64,000 bases of DNA from an uncultured Phycisphaerales bacterium. GTDB lineage: Bacteria; Planctomycetota; Phycisphaerae; Phycisphaerales; SM1A02. The DNA is taken from positions 1-64,000 of the forward strand of contig CALKEP010000012.1 of NCBI GenBank assembly GCA_938084645.1, written 5' to 3'. The notes below the pieces were generated by a model. It did no database searches. It saw only the letters and a program-made list of their open reading frames with translations, and had not been told where the DNA came from. Position numbers and translations under genes: made by a program. Shown piece by piece: positions 37,200 to 46,526 of the stretch; positions within the stretch are counted from its first letter, which is position 1, and each line of letters starts with the position of its first letter.

Positions 37200-39257
37200 A
37201 TGAACCTCCGACCGACCCTTCTTCTCGGCATGATCCTCTCGATCATCCTCGTCGCTTCGAGCGACTCTTTCGCCAGGGGTGGCGATGGCGAAGGTCCCAG
37301 CATCGTTGAAGTCCAAAAGACGACTGACGGGTGGCAGCTGCTTCGCAACGGCGAACCGTTCTTCCTCCGCGGCGGCTGCATCGTCCGTGGTGGCGTGAGC
37401 CCCGAACTGCTCGACCTCTTCACCGAGTTGAAGAACGCCGGCGGGAACTGCATTCGGCTCTGGGCCACCGGTCCGGGAACGATGGGCATTCTCGACGCGG
37501 CCCACGAACACGGCCTCGGCGTCTTCCTCGGCCTGTGGATGGATCATCCCGTCGGCCACGTCGACAGCGCCGGCGCCTTCTTCGACTACACCAACGTCAA
37601 CGCGGTGCTCGCACAGATCGAGTCGCTTCGCATCCAGGTCGAGCTCTACAAGGACCATCCCGCCCTCCTCGCCTGGGGCGTCGGGAACGAGATGGCGCAC
37701 CTCACCGCGGAGGCGGACGCCCAGACCCTCGAAGTCCGGATGATCTGGCGAGCCATCAATCAGACCGCCGCCATGGTCAAGGAAGTCGACCCGAACCACC
37801 CCACCGTCGCGGTGACCGCCGAGACCGGCGACTGGCACCAGATCGACAACGCGACCCAGCTCTCGAACTGGTGTCCGAACATCGACATCTGGGGAATCAA
37901 CGCCTACGAGACGATGCCGCAGATTCGCGACAAGGTCGAAGCCGGCCCGTGGGACCGCCCCTATTTCATCCCGGAGTACGGACCGCAGGGCTGGTGGAGC
38001 TCGCCGCAGTGCAGTTGGAACACGCGGATCGAACACTCCAACCACGTCAAGGCCAACTGGTACAAGAACGGCTGGGTGAACTCGATCGAAGGGGAGTCCG
38101 ACCGATGCCTTGGTGGATTCGCGTTCGCCTGGGACACGCTGGATTCGCCGATCGACTCGTGGTGGACCATGTTCGACCACGAAGGTCGCCCGACCGAGTG
38201 CATCGACGTGCTGTATGAGGCGTGGAACGGGATGCCGCCCAAGAACCTCTCCCCCGTGGTCACCGGCATCGAGGGCCTCATCTGCCCGACCTACCAGGCC
38301 GGTGAGATGATCGTCGCCGAGCTTCTCGCGACCGATCCAGAGGGTGAGGTCCTGGAAGTCGACTGGCTCATCGGCCGCGAGGTCTTCGACGCCAACGGCG
38401 GCTACCTCTGGGAGACCACCGGCGCCTGCGACTACCTGGTGCAGGGCGGCGGACTGAACCTCGAAGTCGAAGTGCCCGAGGCACCCGGCGCCTACCGATT
38501 GGTCGCCTGGGCCCGGGACCCCGCAGGCCGGACCGGCGTCGCCTCGACGCCGTTCTTCGTGGACGGCGAGATCCCGGACGGCGAAGTCCCCATGCCTTTC
38601 CCGGTCGACGACTATTACGGTCCCAGCGGGTTCATGGGGGCCAGCTGGATCCTCAACCGCAGCAACACCGCTTCTCCGAACGGCGCCTGTGGTGGTACGG
38701 CGCACAAGTTCACGATCAACGCCCCCCCGATCGCGATCTGGGCAGGCTGCGCCTGGCAGCACCCCACCAACAACTGGGGTACCGCACCCGGCCTCGAGAT
38801 CATGCCGGGCGGCACCGCAGTGAGGTTCCTCGCCTGGAGCGACAAGCCCGGCACCGTGCTCGACTTCTTCGTCGGCACCGAAGGCACCGACGGTTTCTCC
38901 GTCAACCTCGATGGCGTCGAACTTCCCCTCGAGCCGACCGAGATCTCCATCCCGCTGGACGGCGTCGAGTACGAGGACGTGGTCATCGGCTTCGGCTGGA
39001 CCTACTCCCAGGGCTTCGGTGACGACGGATCCCGAGAGATCTTCATCTCCGACATCATCTGGGACGGTCCTCCGCCCCCGCCGCCGTGCCCGCTCGACCT
39101 CAATGACGATCGCCAGATCGATTCATGGGATCTCGGGATCGTGTTGTTGAACTACTTCAGCACCGATGCCGGCGACGCGGATACGAACGGCGACGGCTTC
39201 GTCGACCAGCAGGACATCGCCGTGATCCTCGCGGCCTGGGGCCCCTGCCCCGAGTGA
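37200..39257 (+). CDS. Secreted clan GH-A (GH2-like TIM barrel) glycoside hydrolase with carbohydrate-binding-like domain and dockerin-like pair
   Basis: LLRNGEPFFLRG, GGNCIRLW, WGVGNE (acid/base), GINAY, PEYGP (nucleophile); PSGFMG...WAG..WQHP.NNWG domain; CPLDLNDD..IDSWDLG and DTNGDGFVD..DI..ILAAWGPC. Confidence 0.8.
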   Translation: MNLRPTLLLGMILSIILVASSDSFARGGDGEGPSIVEVQKTTDGWQLLRNGEPFFLRGGCIVRGGVSPELLDLFTELKNAGGNCIRLWATGPGTMGILDAAHEHGLGVFLGLWMDHPVGHVDSAGAFFDYTNVNAVLAQIESLRIQVELYKDHPALLAWGVGNEMAHLTAEADAQTLEVRMIWRAINQTAAMVKEVDPNHPTVAVTAETGDWHQIDNATQLSNWCPNIDIWGINAYETMPQIRDKVEAGPWDRPYFIPEYGPQGWWSSPQCSWNTRIEHSNHVKANWYKNGWVNSIEGESDRCLGGFAFAWDTLDSPIDSWWTMFDHEGRPTECIDVLYEAWNGMPPKNLSPVVTGIEGLICPTYQAGEMIVAELLATDPEGEVLEVDWLIGREVFDANGGYLWETTGACDYLVQGGGLNLEVEVPEAPGAYRLVAWARDPAGRTGVASTPFFVDGEIPDGEVPMPFPVDDYYGPSGFMGASWILNRSNTASPNGACGGTAHKFTINAPPIAIWAGCAWQHPTNNWGTAPGLEIMPGGTAVRFLAWSDKPGTVLDFFVGTEGTDGFSVNLDGVELPLEPTEISIPLDGVEYEDVVIGFGWTYSQGFGDDGSREIFISDIIWDGPPPPPPCPLDLNDDRQIDSWDLGIVLLNYFSTDAGDADTNGDGFVDQQDIAVILAAWGPCPE

Positions 39258-39301
39258 TGATCCCCGGCCCCGGTGGCCGGAGAAGCACACCGATCATGAC
39301 C

Positions 39302-39341
39302 ACGACGCCCGGCGACTTCGCCGGGCGTCGTTTCGTTCTTC
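39302..39341 (+). terminator. Intrinsic terminator
   Basis: ACGACGCCCGGCGA-ct-TCGCCGGGCGTCGT followed by TTCGTTCTT. Confidence 0.75.
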
Positions 39342-39444
39342 ATCCTGCAGACCAACCGCGAAAGACGCTCCGGAGCATTCGCCGAGACGTCCGCCGGGAT
39401 CGTCGCCATCGACCTCGATCCGGCGGCTCCACTAACCTGCTCGC

Positions 39445-40062
39445 ATGAGCACCACCACCTCCGGATCCTCGCCCGAAATCGAAATCGAACTCGCCCGGGG
39501 CGAAGAGGTCATCGCCGTCGCCGAGTTCGATGCGAAATCGATCATCCGGTATCACTACTTCGGCCTGATTCCGCTCTGCATCTTCATCGTGACGATCCCG
39601 CTCGCCGTGCTGATCGCGATCGGGTATCGAATCTGGCTGAGCCGTGTCGTGGCCAGCTGGTCCGCGGTCCTGACCAATCGGAGCCTCCACGTTCGGAAGG
39701 GCATCTGGAACAAGACCGAGAAGACGATCCCCCTCGAGAAGATCACCGACCTTTCCAGCATCGAAGGGCTCGTCATGCGTTGGGCGGGCATCAAACGCCT
39801 CGGCATCGAGACCGCCGGACAATCCGGTCCCGGCGCACTCGTCAGCCTGCTGGGCGTGGTCGACTCCGATGCCTTCCGCGGCCTCGTCCTCGATCAACGA
39901 GATCGCTCGAACAAGTCCGGCCCCGGCGAAGGTGATTCCACGAAGCACGCTGAGACAGCGACCTCCAGCGACGCCGCGCTGCGAGAGATCCAGGACACGC
40001 TCACGTCGATGGCCGCCGACCTCAAGCGGGTCGCCGACCGTCTCGATGACGCTTCACCCTGA
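39445..40062 (+). CDS. Bacterial PH-domain (bPH_2, YdbS-like) membrane protein
   Basis: N-terminal TM pair, then L.VRKGI....KTIPLEKITDL....G..MRWAGI..L.IETAG. Confidence 0.85.
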   Translation: MSTTTSGSSPEIEIELARGEEVIAVAEFDAKSIIRYHYFGLIPLCIFIVTIPLAVLIAIGYRIWLSRVVASWSAVLTNRSLHVRKGIWNKTEKTIPLEKITDLSSIEGLVMRWAGIKRLGIETAGQSGPGALVSLLGVVDSDAFRGLVLDQRDRSNKSGPGEGDSTKHAETATSSDAALREIQDTLTSMAADLKRVADRLDDASP

Positions 40063-40365
40063 ACCTCCGTTCGGTCCACGACCGGCGTCGGACAAGGGCA
40101 CTGGCTCGGGCATGGGTACGGAGCCCTCATACCGTCTCAACTGCGATTCGCGTCGCTGATCAGGGGAACCGGCCAACGACGAGGCACGAGGCCCCAGGTT
40201 CGCGTCACAGGCGTTCAGCACGCTGCAAACCGGCCCACCGCAGCTCGAGCGCGTTCACACAAGCCCTGGCGCTCGATGCGACGATGTGGCGTGGAACCGC
40301 GTGCCTCCGAGCGGTCCGCCTCGCACCTGCAACCCTTTCCATCGCGATGGCGTCCTCCCCGATCC

Positions 40366-40406
40366 AAAAGAACAAAGATGGCGGTGCCGCAAACGGCACC
40401 GCCATC
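40366..40406 (-). terminator. Intrinsic terminator (minus strand)
   Basis: GATGGCGGTGCCG-caaa-CGGCACCGCCATC with an A-rich run on its left (U-tract on the minus strand), 30 nt after the 40437 stop. Confidence 0.75.
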
Positions 40407-40436
40407 GATGAAGATCATGAATCGGCGAAGGCCGAA

Positions 40437-41069
40437 TCAGCCGCGTCGGCGACGACCGGCGAGGCCGGCCACACCGAGAAGGGCGATCGCGCCCGGCGCG
40501 GGAACGATGCTTCCGTAGAAGTTCGTGCCCCAGACCGCACCACTCGAAGGTCCACCTTCACCGGGAATGTCGGTCTGAACGTAGGTGAAGTCGAGGCTGA
40601 TGCGGGTCGCCGAGGCGGCACCCGCGTCGAGCACGTAGTCGAGGTTGAACAGGTACACCGTGTCGACGAGCGAGCTGGAGGTGATCTGACCGGCCACCAC
40701 GGAGAATCCGTAGTCGTAGCCGCCGCCGTACCAGAAGTTCAACTGGATGTTGCAGTTGTTGCCGAGGTACGGGTTGTTGCCGGCCTCGGTGTACATCTCA
40801 CCACCGAAGGAGATCGTGTCGCCTTCAGCGAACTCACCGGCCCAGGCGAGATCCTGGGTGTAGCCGCTGTAGTTCGGAGTGCCACCAAAGGTGCCGTAGG
40901 CGACGACCGCGGCGCTGCCGCCGAAGAAGCCGACGTCGTAGGGTCCTTCGGAACCACCGAACTGGGTCCAACCTTCGGAACCGTTGCTGAAATCACCGTT
41001 GGTGATGTCGGCAGCGGCGATCGTCGAGGCCATCGCGGCCGCGGCAGTCGCAAGAATCACATTCTTCAT
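40437..41069 (-). CDS. Secreted CBM-like protein with PEP-CTERM-like (VPAPG) sorting signal
   Basis: MKNVILATAAAAMASTIAAA signal; ITNGDFS.G..GW beta-sandwich; IVPAPGAIALLGVAGLAGRRRRG. Confidence 0.85.
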   Translation of the reverse strand: MKNVILATAAAAMASTIAAADITNGDFSNGSEGWTQFGGSEGPYDVGFFGGSAAVVAYGTFGGTPNYSGYTQDLAWAGEFAEGDTISFGGEMYTEAGNNPYLGNNCNIQLNFWYGGGYDYGFSVVAGQITSSSLVDTVYLFNLDYVLDAGAASATRISLDFTYVQTDIPGEGGPSSGAVWGTNFYGSIVPAPGAIALLGVAGLAGRRRRG

Positions 41070-41288
41070 CTTCAAAATCTCCTGTGGGAACGGCCGGGGA
41101 AAGGCCGCATTGGAACAAGGGAACAACATTTAGATTGTGCATGAGGCGGCTGCCATTTCAAGGATCAATTAGGAAGTTTTCCGGCTTCCTGAACGAAGAT
41201 CGCGGATTCCGGTGTCTGTATTAACGCGGACACCAAGATCATGCTTCTTCACCCGGCCCACCGGTGAACGCGGAATCTGGCCAAACGA

Positions 41289-42659
41289 TCAGTCCGTGAG
41301 GCCGGATTCCGACGATTGGTCGGGGGATGGCGTCTGCCCTCGCATGAGCCGCCGCACCATCTCCGGTCCCACCCGTCGGAGGTCACGATCGCCGTCGACC
41401 GTGCCGGCGGCGACGAGCAGGAACACGCCGAGCAGGCCCGTTCTTCGTCCACGATTCACGCGTTGCGGCGGATCATCTGGATTCCGGGGGTTCGCCGCGG
41501 TGTTGTCGAGTTCGAAGGTGGCCCAAAGCATGCTTCCCGCAGGCAGAGAGACCGGCGGTTTGAAACGGAACGTCTCCCGCTGGTGATGATCCCAGTCCGG
41601 GATTTCGAGAAGCACCCGGCGTTGACGGTCCGGGAACTCGACCATCACCCGGAGGCTCCGGCAGATCTCGATCGCGCGTGGTGAGATCCCGAGCAGCTCC
41701 AGGGGATGCTCCAGCACGAAGGCTTCCGATGACACCCGCTGCTCGTCGCCGGCGGGGATGTCGACCCGTCCGACGGCCAATGGGAACCATCGAATGGGCC
41801 GGGAAGGGTCGGTGGGCGGCACCAGTTCCAGTTCGATCCGTTCCTGTAGACGTTCCGGCACGCCGGTGGGCCGATACTGGAACTGCGCCACCAGATCGCT
41901 TTTCGCAGGCACCGGCACATGAAAGCCCTTCGGCAGGCGGAAGTCGCCGGACCCGGCGAGGATCACGCCGTCGGCACCCACCGGTTTGATCCCGGGATCA
42001 CCCCCCATGAGAAAACCGACCCGGGAATCACGCTCGTCGAGATAGCGGCCCGCGCCCGTCTCGTCGAACGCGAACGCCGCCACCCGCATCGCCTGAGGTG
42101 ATCCCGGTCGATGCCGAATCGCCTGCACCCGGAGCGGGGACGGGTTCTCCAGCGAATACGTGAAACCATGCACGTCGATCTCACCGTCGTGCCAGGCGGG
42201 ATCGGACTCCTCGGGAATCACGTGGGCTTCCGGCATCTCCAGGACGAGATCGGATCGGAACGCCGGCGACTCCGGTGCCGCCAGCACGCGAGCGGGGCCG
42301 TCGCCCACCGGCCCGCCGGACGCCAGCCAGGTGGCGAGCGCCGCCCGTTCCGAAGGCGTCACCGCCCGGTGGTTCATCCACGCGGTTCCGGTCGGAAGCC
42401 ACGGTGGCATCCGACCGGAATCGATCACCTCGAGGAGGAATCGCCCTCGATTGCGCACGCCCGGGGCATCCACGAGTTCGAACGGCCCGACGCCACCCGA
42501 TGCATGACATGAGACACACCGTCGCTCGATGATGTCCGCGACCTCGCCGTTCCAGGTCGGCGGTGTCACCGCCGGACCGGCATCCTCGGCCGACGGAGGC
42601 TCCGGAAGCGAGCACGGAAGGCCCACCACGAGGGCGATCACGAACGCGGTCATGATCAT
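41289..42659 (-). CDS. Exported c-type cytochrome fused to a copper type II ascorbate-dependent monooxygenase-like fold (ligands degenerate)
   Basis: PTW...VA.II..RCVSCH..G..GPF.L, MPPW, DLV.Q..Y.PTG..E, LL.IPDWD, DNT..NPRNP..PP..V..G. Confidence 0.75.
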   Translation of the reverse strand: MIMTAFVIALVVGLPCSLPEPPSAEDAGPAVTPPTWNGEVADIIERRCVSCHASGGVGPFELVDAPGVRNRGRFLLEVIDSGRMPPWLPTGTAWMNHRAVTPSERAALATWLASGGPVGDGPARVLAAPESPAFRSDLVLEMPEAHVIPEESDPAWHDGEIDVHGFTYSLENPSPLRVQAIRHRPGSPQAMRVAAFAFDETGAGRYLDERDSRVGFLMGGDPGIKPVGADGVILAGSGDFRLPKGFHVPVPAKSDLVAQFQYRPTGVPERLQERIELELVPPTDPSRPIRWFPLAVGRVDIPAGDEQRVSSEAFVLEHPLELLGISPRAIEICRSLRVMVEFPDRQRRVLLEIPDWDHHQRETFRFKPPVSLPAGSMLWATFELDNTAANPRNPDDPPQRVNRGRRTGLLGVFLLVAAGTVDGDRDLRRVGPEMVRRLMRGQTPSPDQSSESGLTD

Positions 42660-43396
42660 CCGGCCCCTGCTTCCGGAGCGACGTTCGGGGCGGTCTTCCG
42701 AACGGCCTTCGGATCGACCTTCGGATCGGCCTTCGGATCAACGCCGATGCGATCGATCCGACAACCGATGGCCCGACGAATCGGTTGCGAGATCGGTGTT
42801 CCCGCGACGATCGCGGCCACCGCATCCCGCGCGTATGAGGACGTGGCGTTCCGGCGTCGCCGACCGACTTCGGCGTACAGATTGTCGAGCGGGCCTCGAT
42901 ATCGAATCGCCCATCGATCGGCACCTCGCGTCATCACGAAGGCCTCGGGAACCACCGTGCCGTCGAGCCGCGCGACCAGCTCATGACGTTCGTCGAGCAG
43001 GATCGGCATCTCGAGTCGACGGGTGCTCGCATGGGCGACGGCCGCCTCGGCGGTGACCCCCGGCATCGCATGGACGAGTACCAGGCGGCCTCCGACCCCG
43101 TCGACTGCCGCATCCAGACGTCGCAGTTCGGGCACGGAGGCGTTGGCGATCGGGCAGGTCGTGCTGCTCAGCACCACGACGACGAGCCCGGGACCATCGG
43201 CGGGAAAGACCCTCTCACCGCCGCCCGGTTCATCTCGAACGTTGCGCAGCGTGATCGCCTCAAGCGCCGACCGGCTCAGCGTCGGCACCACGGCCACTGG
43301 ATCCGCCAGATCGGTCGATTCCCGAGGCGGATCACCGGCGGGTGCTCCAGCGAACAGGACGAGCATCAGGACGATCGGCGTGGTCTGCGTGATCAT
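42656..43396 (-). CDS. Exported redoxin (AhpC/TSA-like) protein
   Basis: TTCPIAN, P.LLD, VPEAFV, YRGPLDN, IGCRI; 4-bp overlap with the downstream gene. Confidence 0.85.
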   Translation of the reverse strand: MITQTTPIVLMLVLFAGAPAGDPPRESTDLADPVAVVPTLSRSALEAITLRNVRDEPGGGERVFPADGPGLVVVVLSSTTCPIANASVPELRRLDAAVDGVGGRLVLVHAMPGVTAEAAVAHASTRRLEMPILLDERHELVARLDGTVVPEAFVMTRGADRWAIRYRGPLDNLYAEVGRRRRNATSSYARDAVAAIVAGTPISQPIRRAIGCRIDRIGVDPKADPKVDPKAVRKTAPNVAPEAGAG

Positions 43397-43517
43397 GGGG
43401 TCGCTCCGAGAGGATCATCGGTCGAACGCCCGCCTTCCGTGCAGTGCATGCAAACGGCGGAACGGCCGCCAGGACCGTTCCGCCGCGTGGTTGGTTCGAC
43501 CACCGACCGGGCTGCCG

Positions 43518-44597
43518 TCATCCACCACAGAACTGGGCGGCGACCGCGGCACACGCCGCGTCCCAGTCGGTGCAGCAGTACTCGTAGCCCGGACGGTTGT
43601 GGACACAGTTGCAGACCGGGGGCGGGATCATGTTGAAGGCGCAGCCGTCGCATCCGCCACCGCCGCCACCACCACCGCCACCGCCGCCACCGCCACCGCC
43701 ACCAGCGAAGTTCGACGTTTCGGGCTGGGCGGCGAAGCAACCGATGCTCCACGGAAATCCGTCATCGGGAAGATTGCGTTCGAGGGCGAGCTCGTACGAG
43801 ATCGCGTGGTAGTGATACCCACGTTCCGCGTCGTAGTGCCCGTTGCAGGAATCAAGCGTTCGCTTGCCGTCCATCTCCGCCGCGAGGATTCCGTCCTCTT
43901 CCCAGGGACCGTAGACCGGAATGCCGTCGAAGGCGTATCCGATCAGGGTGGAGTGACCGCCGGAGTACGGCTCGATGCAAGGCGAATACTGGTGATAGTG
44001 GTATCGGGCGTCGGGCGATGGATGCGCATTGCAGGCATCCATGCAGATCGTGTCCGGCGCGGTGACGCCACCACCGTCGTAGGGGTTGTAGAAGGCGACT
44101 CCGTTGACCATGATCCCGATGGGACCCATCTGCACCAGCGCGTCGACCGACGGATTGCCGGTCATCTCGGGATCGAGCGGAATCCGCCAACTGTCGTTCT
44201 GGGCTCCGACCGGATTGGGGTTGCCACATTCGCCGGGGAAGTTCCCGTACTCGTGATCGGGGATCCCGTTGCCGGTCACGACCAGAAACTCACCGTCGAG
44301 CTGAATGTCGACGTTGCCATGAAAGTTGTGGCACTGGATGCTCCACTGGCTGATCAGGTAGCCGATTTCGAACCCATTGGTCAGGCCGTCGCCGTTGAAG
44401 TCGACGGCGCCGGTCCCCCACGCCGCGATCAGTCCGCCGAGATCGGCGGCATCGACCTGCAGGTCACGATTCAGATCGGCCTTGCAGAAGATTCCGCCGG
44501 GCTGGGTATCCACCTGGGCGGCCGCCACGCCGGAGATTCCGAGCGTCGCGAGGGCGAGGCCCGTCAGAAGGCGATGGGCATGGGATCGAGCATTCAT
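43518..44597 (-). CDS. YHYH-domain protein with N-terminal dockerin-like pair, poly-Gly linker and Cys-rich tail
   Basis: NGIPDH, GPIGIMVNGV.FY, YHYH twice, HS.LIGYAFDGIPVYGP, LDSCNGH; CKADLNRD..VDAADLG.LIAAWG; start re-chosen at 44597. Confidence 0.9.
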   Translation of the reverse strand: MNARSHAHRLLTGLALATLGISGVAAAQVDTQPGGIFCKADLNRDLQVDAADLGGLIAAWGTGAVDFNGDGLTNGFEIGYLISQWSIQCHNFHGNVDIQLDGEFLVVTGNGIPDHEYGNFPGECGNPNPVGAQNDSWRIPLDPEMTGNPSVDALVQMGPIGIMVNGVAFYNPYDGGGVTAPDTICMDACNAHPSPDARYHYHQYSPCIEPYSGGHSTLIGYAFDGIPVYGPWEEDGILAAEMDGKRTLDSCNGHYDAERGYHYHAISYELALERNLPDDGFPWSIGCFAAQPETSNFAGGGGGGGGGGGGGGGGGCDGCAFNMIPPPVCNCVHNRPGYEYCCTDWDAACAAVAAQFCGG

Positions 44598-44746
44598 CGT
44601 GCGGACTCCGGAGGTCGAGGTGATGGATCGTGGCGGCGAGCCGCCGGTACACATTGAATCGTGCCCGGGCTCGGGGACACGAAGAAACGACGAGTTCGTC
44701 AAATTGGACGGCGTCTGCGAGCACTCGACTCGAAAGCCACGTCCGA

Positions 44747-45832
44747 TCATCCATCGCCGACGGCCGTGGGGACGAAATCATCCGGCGTGAACACCGAGGC
44801 CGGCACCCGCTCGAAGATGATCCGCGCGGGCGGCCTGGCGGGTCCCTGTGATCCGGCCCGGATCACCTCCTCGACCAGCGAATCCCGTCCGGGACCGGAC
44901 CTCCCCGGCGGCGGACGACGTCGCCGTTCGTCCGGACCGCCCGAGGACCCCGCCGGCGGGGGTCGCCGATCGAACTGCGTGGGCGAACGGTCGTCATCGG
45001 GTCGCCTGCGATCGAGACGACCTTCAGACCTCGAAGGCCGTCGGCCTCGTTCAACCGAATCGGATTCCTGATCCCATTCCAGTACCAGGCGACGAACCTC
45101 GTCCGTATCCGGATCGATCTCGATTCGAATCCGGTTCGGCGACTTCGAGCCGTCATCCGTCTCGCTCCGGACGGCGATGAGCGTGACGACCGCTTCGGCG
45201 GGATCGACCTCGGTGGTCAGCTCGTAGCCCTCGGCCACGCGATCCAGAAGACCGGGGATCGCATCGACCAGAAGATCGAGCCCGTCACCCATGATGCGGG
45301 AACTCCACTCGGTCCGCGCGAAGCGACTGACGATCCCGCTGTGGCTCCGTCCCCAGCCTCCCCGCGCGTCGACGCCCCACGCGTGGCTTCGGTCGACGGG
45401 CCGGTCGACTTCGAATCGGAGAAGTGGATATCCGCCGGGCCGGGCGAGAAGGTCGATCGATCCCTCGAGGTCCGGGTGCGGCCGACCCTCGTGGGCCTCG
45501 AGCCGAACGTCGAATCGCAGCGCCGTCACCGCGGACTCGGCCGCCAGCACCCGGGCGATGATCCGGTCGGCCCGCACCTCGCGGGTCTGGAGGAACACCG
45601 CCAGCATCATCACCGCCGCAATCGATCCCAGGCCGCTGGCGACGGCCCACCATCGCCGACTGGAAACGACCGCGACCGGATCGACCGCGCGAATCGTCGC
45701 CATGCCCCGTCGGATCCGGGCTTCGGCGGCCGCGGCCTCCTCGGACTTCGAGGCCTCCAGCAACGCTTCGACGAATCGATCGTCCGCCTGTTCGGCCGCG
45801 TCGCCTCGACGCGGGGTCGCATCATCGGTCAT
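44747..45832 (-). CDS. Putative anti-sigma factor (single TM, extracytoplasmic domain)
   Basis: ATGA overlap with the ECF sigma stop; short cytoplasmic N-terminus, one TM helix (RRWW..A.GLGSIAAVMMLAVFL). Confidence 0.7.
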   Translation of the reverse strand: MTDDATPRRGDAAEQADDRFVEALLEASKSEEAAAAEARIRRGMATIRAVDPVAVVSSRRWWAVASGLGSIAAVMMLAVFLQTREVRADRIIARVLAAESAVTALRFDVRLEAHEGRPHPDLEGSIDLLARPGGYPLLRFEVDRPVDRSHAWGVDARGGWGRSHSGIVSRFARTEWSSRIMGDGLDLLVDAIPGLLDRVAEGYELTTEVDPAEAVVTLIAVRSETDDGSKSPNRIRIEIDPDTDEVRRLVLEWDQESDSVERGRRPSRSEGRLDRRRPDDDRSPTQFDRRPPPAGSSGGPDERRRRPPPGRSGPGRDSLVEEVIRAGSQGPARPPARIIFERVPASVFTPDDFVPTAVGDG

Positions 45833-46395
45833 GCCAGCAGTCCTTTCATCCTGAGGCACTCGGCGATCATTCCCCGAGCCCGCTGGAGTCGCTTCTTCAC
45901 CGCCTCGGGGCCGGCATCCGTCGCCTCCGCCACCTCCGAGATCGAACGCCTTCCCCGGTAGAGCACCTCGATCACCTCGCGATAGCGATCTGGAAGGCGA
46001 CCCACGCATTCATTCAACATCTCGACCACGCTGGATGCCTCGGACATCGAGACCCGTTCGTGCCGCGCCGCATGCGATTCGATCATGTCGACGACCGCGG
46101 TGTCGACCGCGAACTCCTTGCGGGTCTTGCGCATCATGGCCAGTGCCGTCCGGTGTGCGATGCCCCGAAGCCACGGACCGAAGGGACGATCCCGGTCGAA
46201 GTCCTCGAAACGTCGCCAGGCGACCATGAAGGTCTCCTGGAACACGTCCTCCGCGAGTGCGTTGTTTCGAACCATGGCACGAATGAAGGCCATGAGATGC
46301 CCGGCATTCTGGCGCATCAGGACCTCGAAGACCTCCTCGGCGCTCGGCGAGCCCCCGGGATCCGCCTGATTGGATTCGACGTCGAGTCCTGCCAT
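45829..46395 (-). CDS. ECF-type RNA polymerase sigma-70 factor
   Basis: AEDVFQETF..AWRR...FD...PF..WLRGIA; region 4 LP.RYREVI...Y....I.EVA......AVKKRL.RAR. Confidence 0.95.
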   Translation of the reverse strand: MAGLDVESNQADPGGSPSAEEVFEVLMRQNAGHLMAFIRAMVRNNALAEDVFQETFMVAWRRFEDFDRDRPFGPWLRGIAHRTALAMMRKTRKEFAVDTAVVDMIESHAARHERVSMSEASSVVEMLNECVGRLPDRYREVIEVLYRGRRSISEVAEATDAGPEAVKKRLQRARGMIAECLRMKGLLA

Positions 46396-46526
46396 GCACC
46401 AATCTTGATCGATGACGCGGCATGGGGACGGGCGATCCCGGATTCGGTCGGTATTTTCGAGGGGGAGGCCCGGAGGGCGTCCGGGACGCTTCGGTATGGT
46501 GTCGGGTCACCCTGGAATCCGCGCCC

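Noticed and set aside
42704..42741. 12-bp tandem repeats
   Set aside because: In-frame DPKA/DPKV low-complexity tail of the redoxin; no frameshift potential.
43654..43703. (CCG/CCA)n trinucleotide run
   Set aside because: Encodes an ordinary poly-Gly linker with mixed codons.
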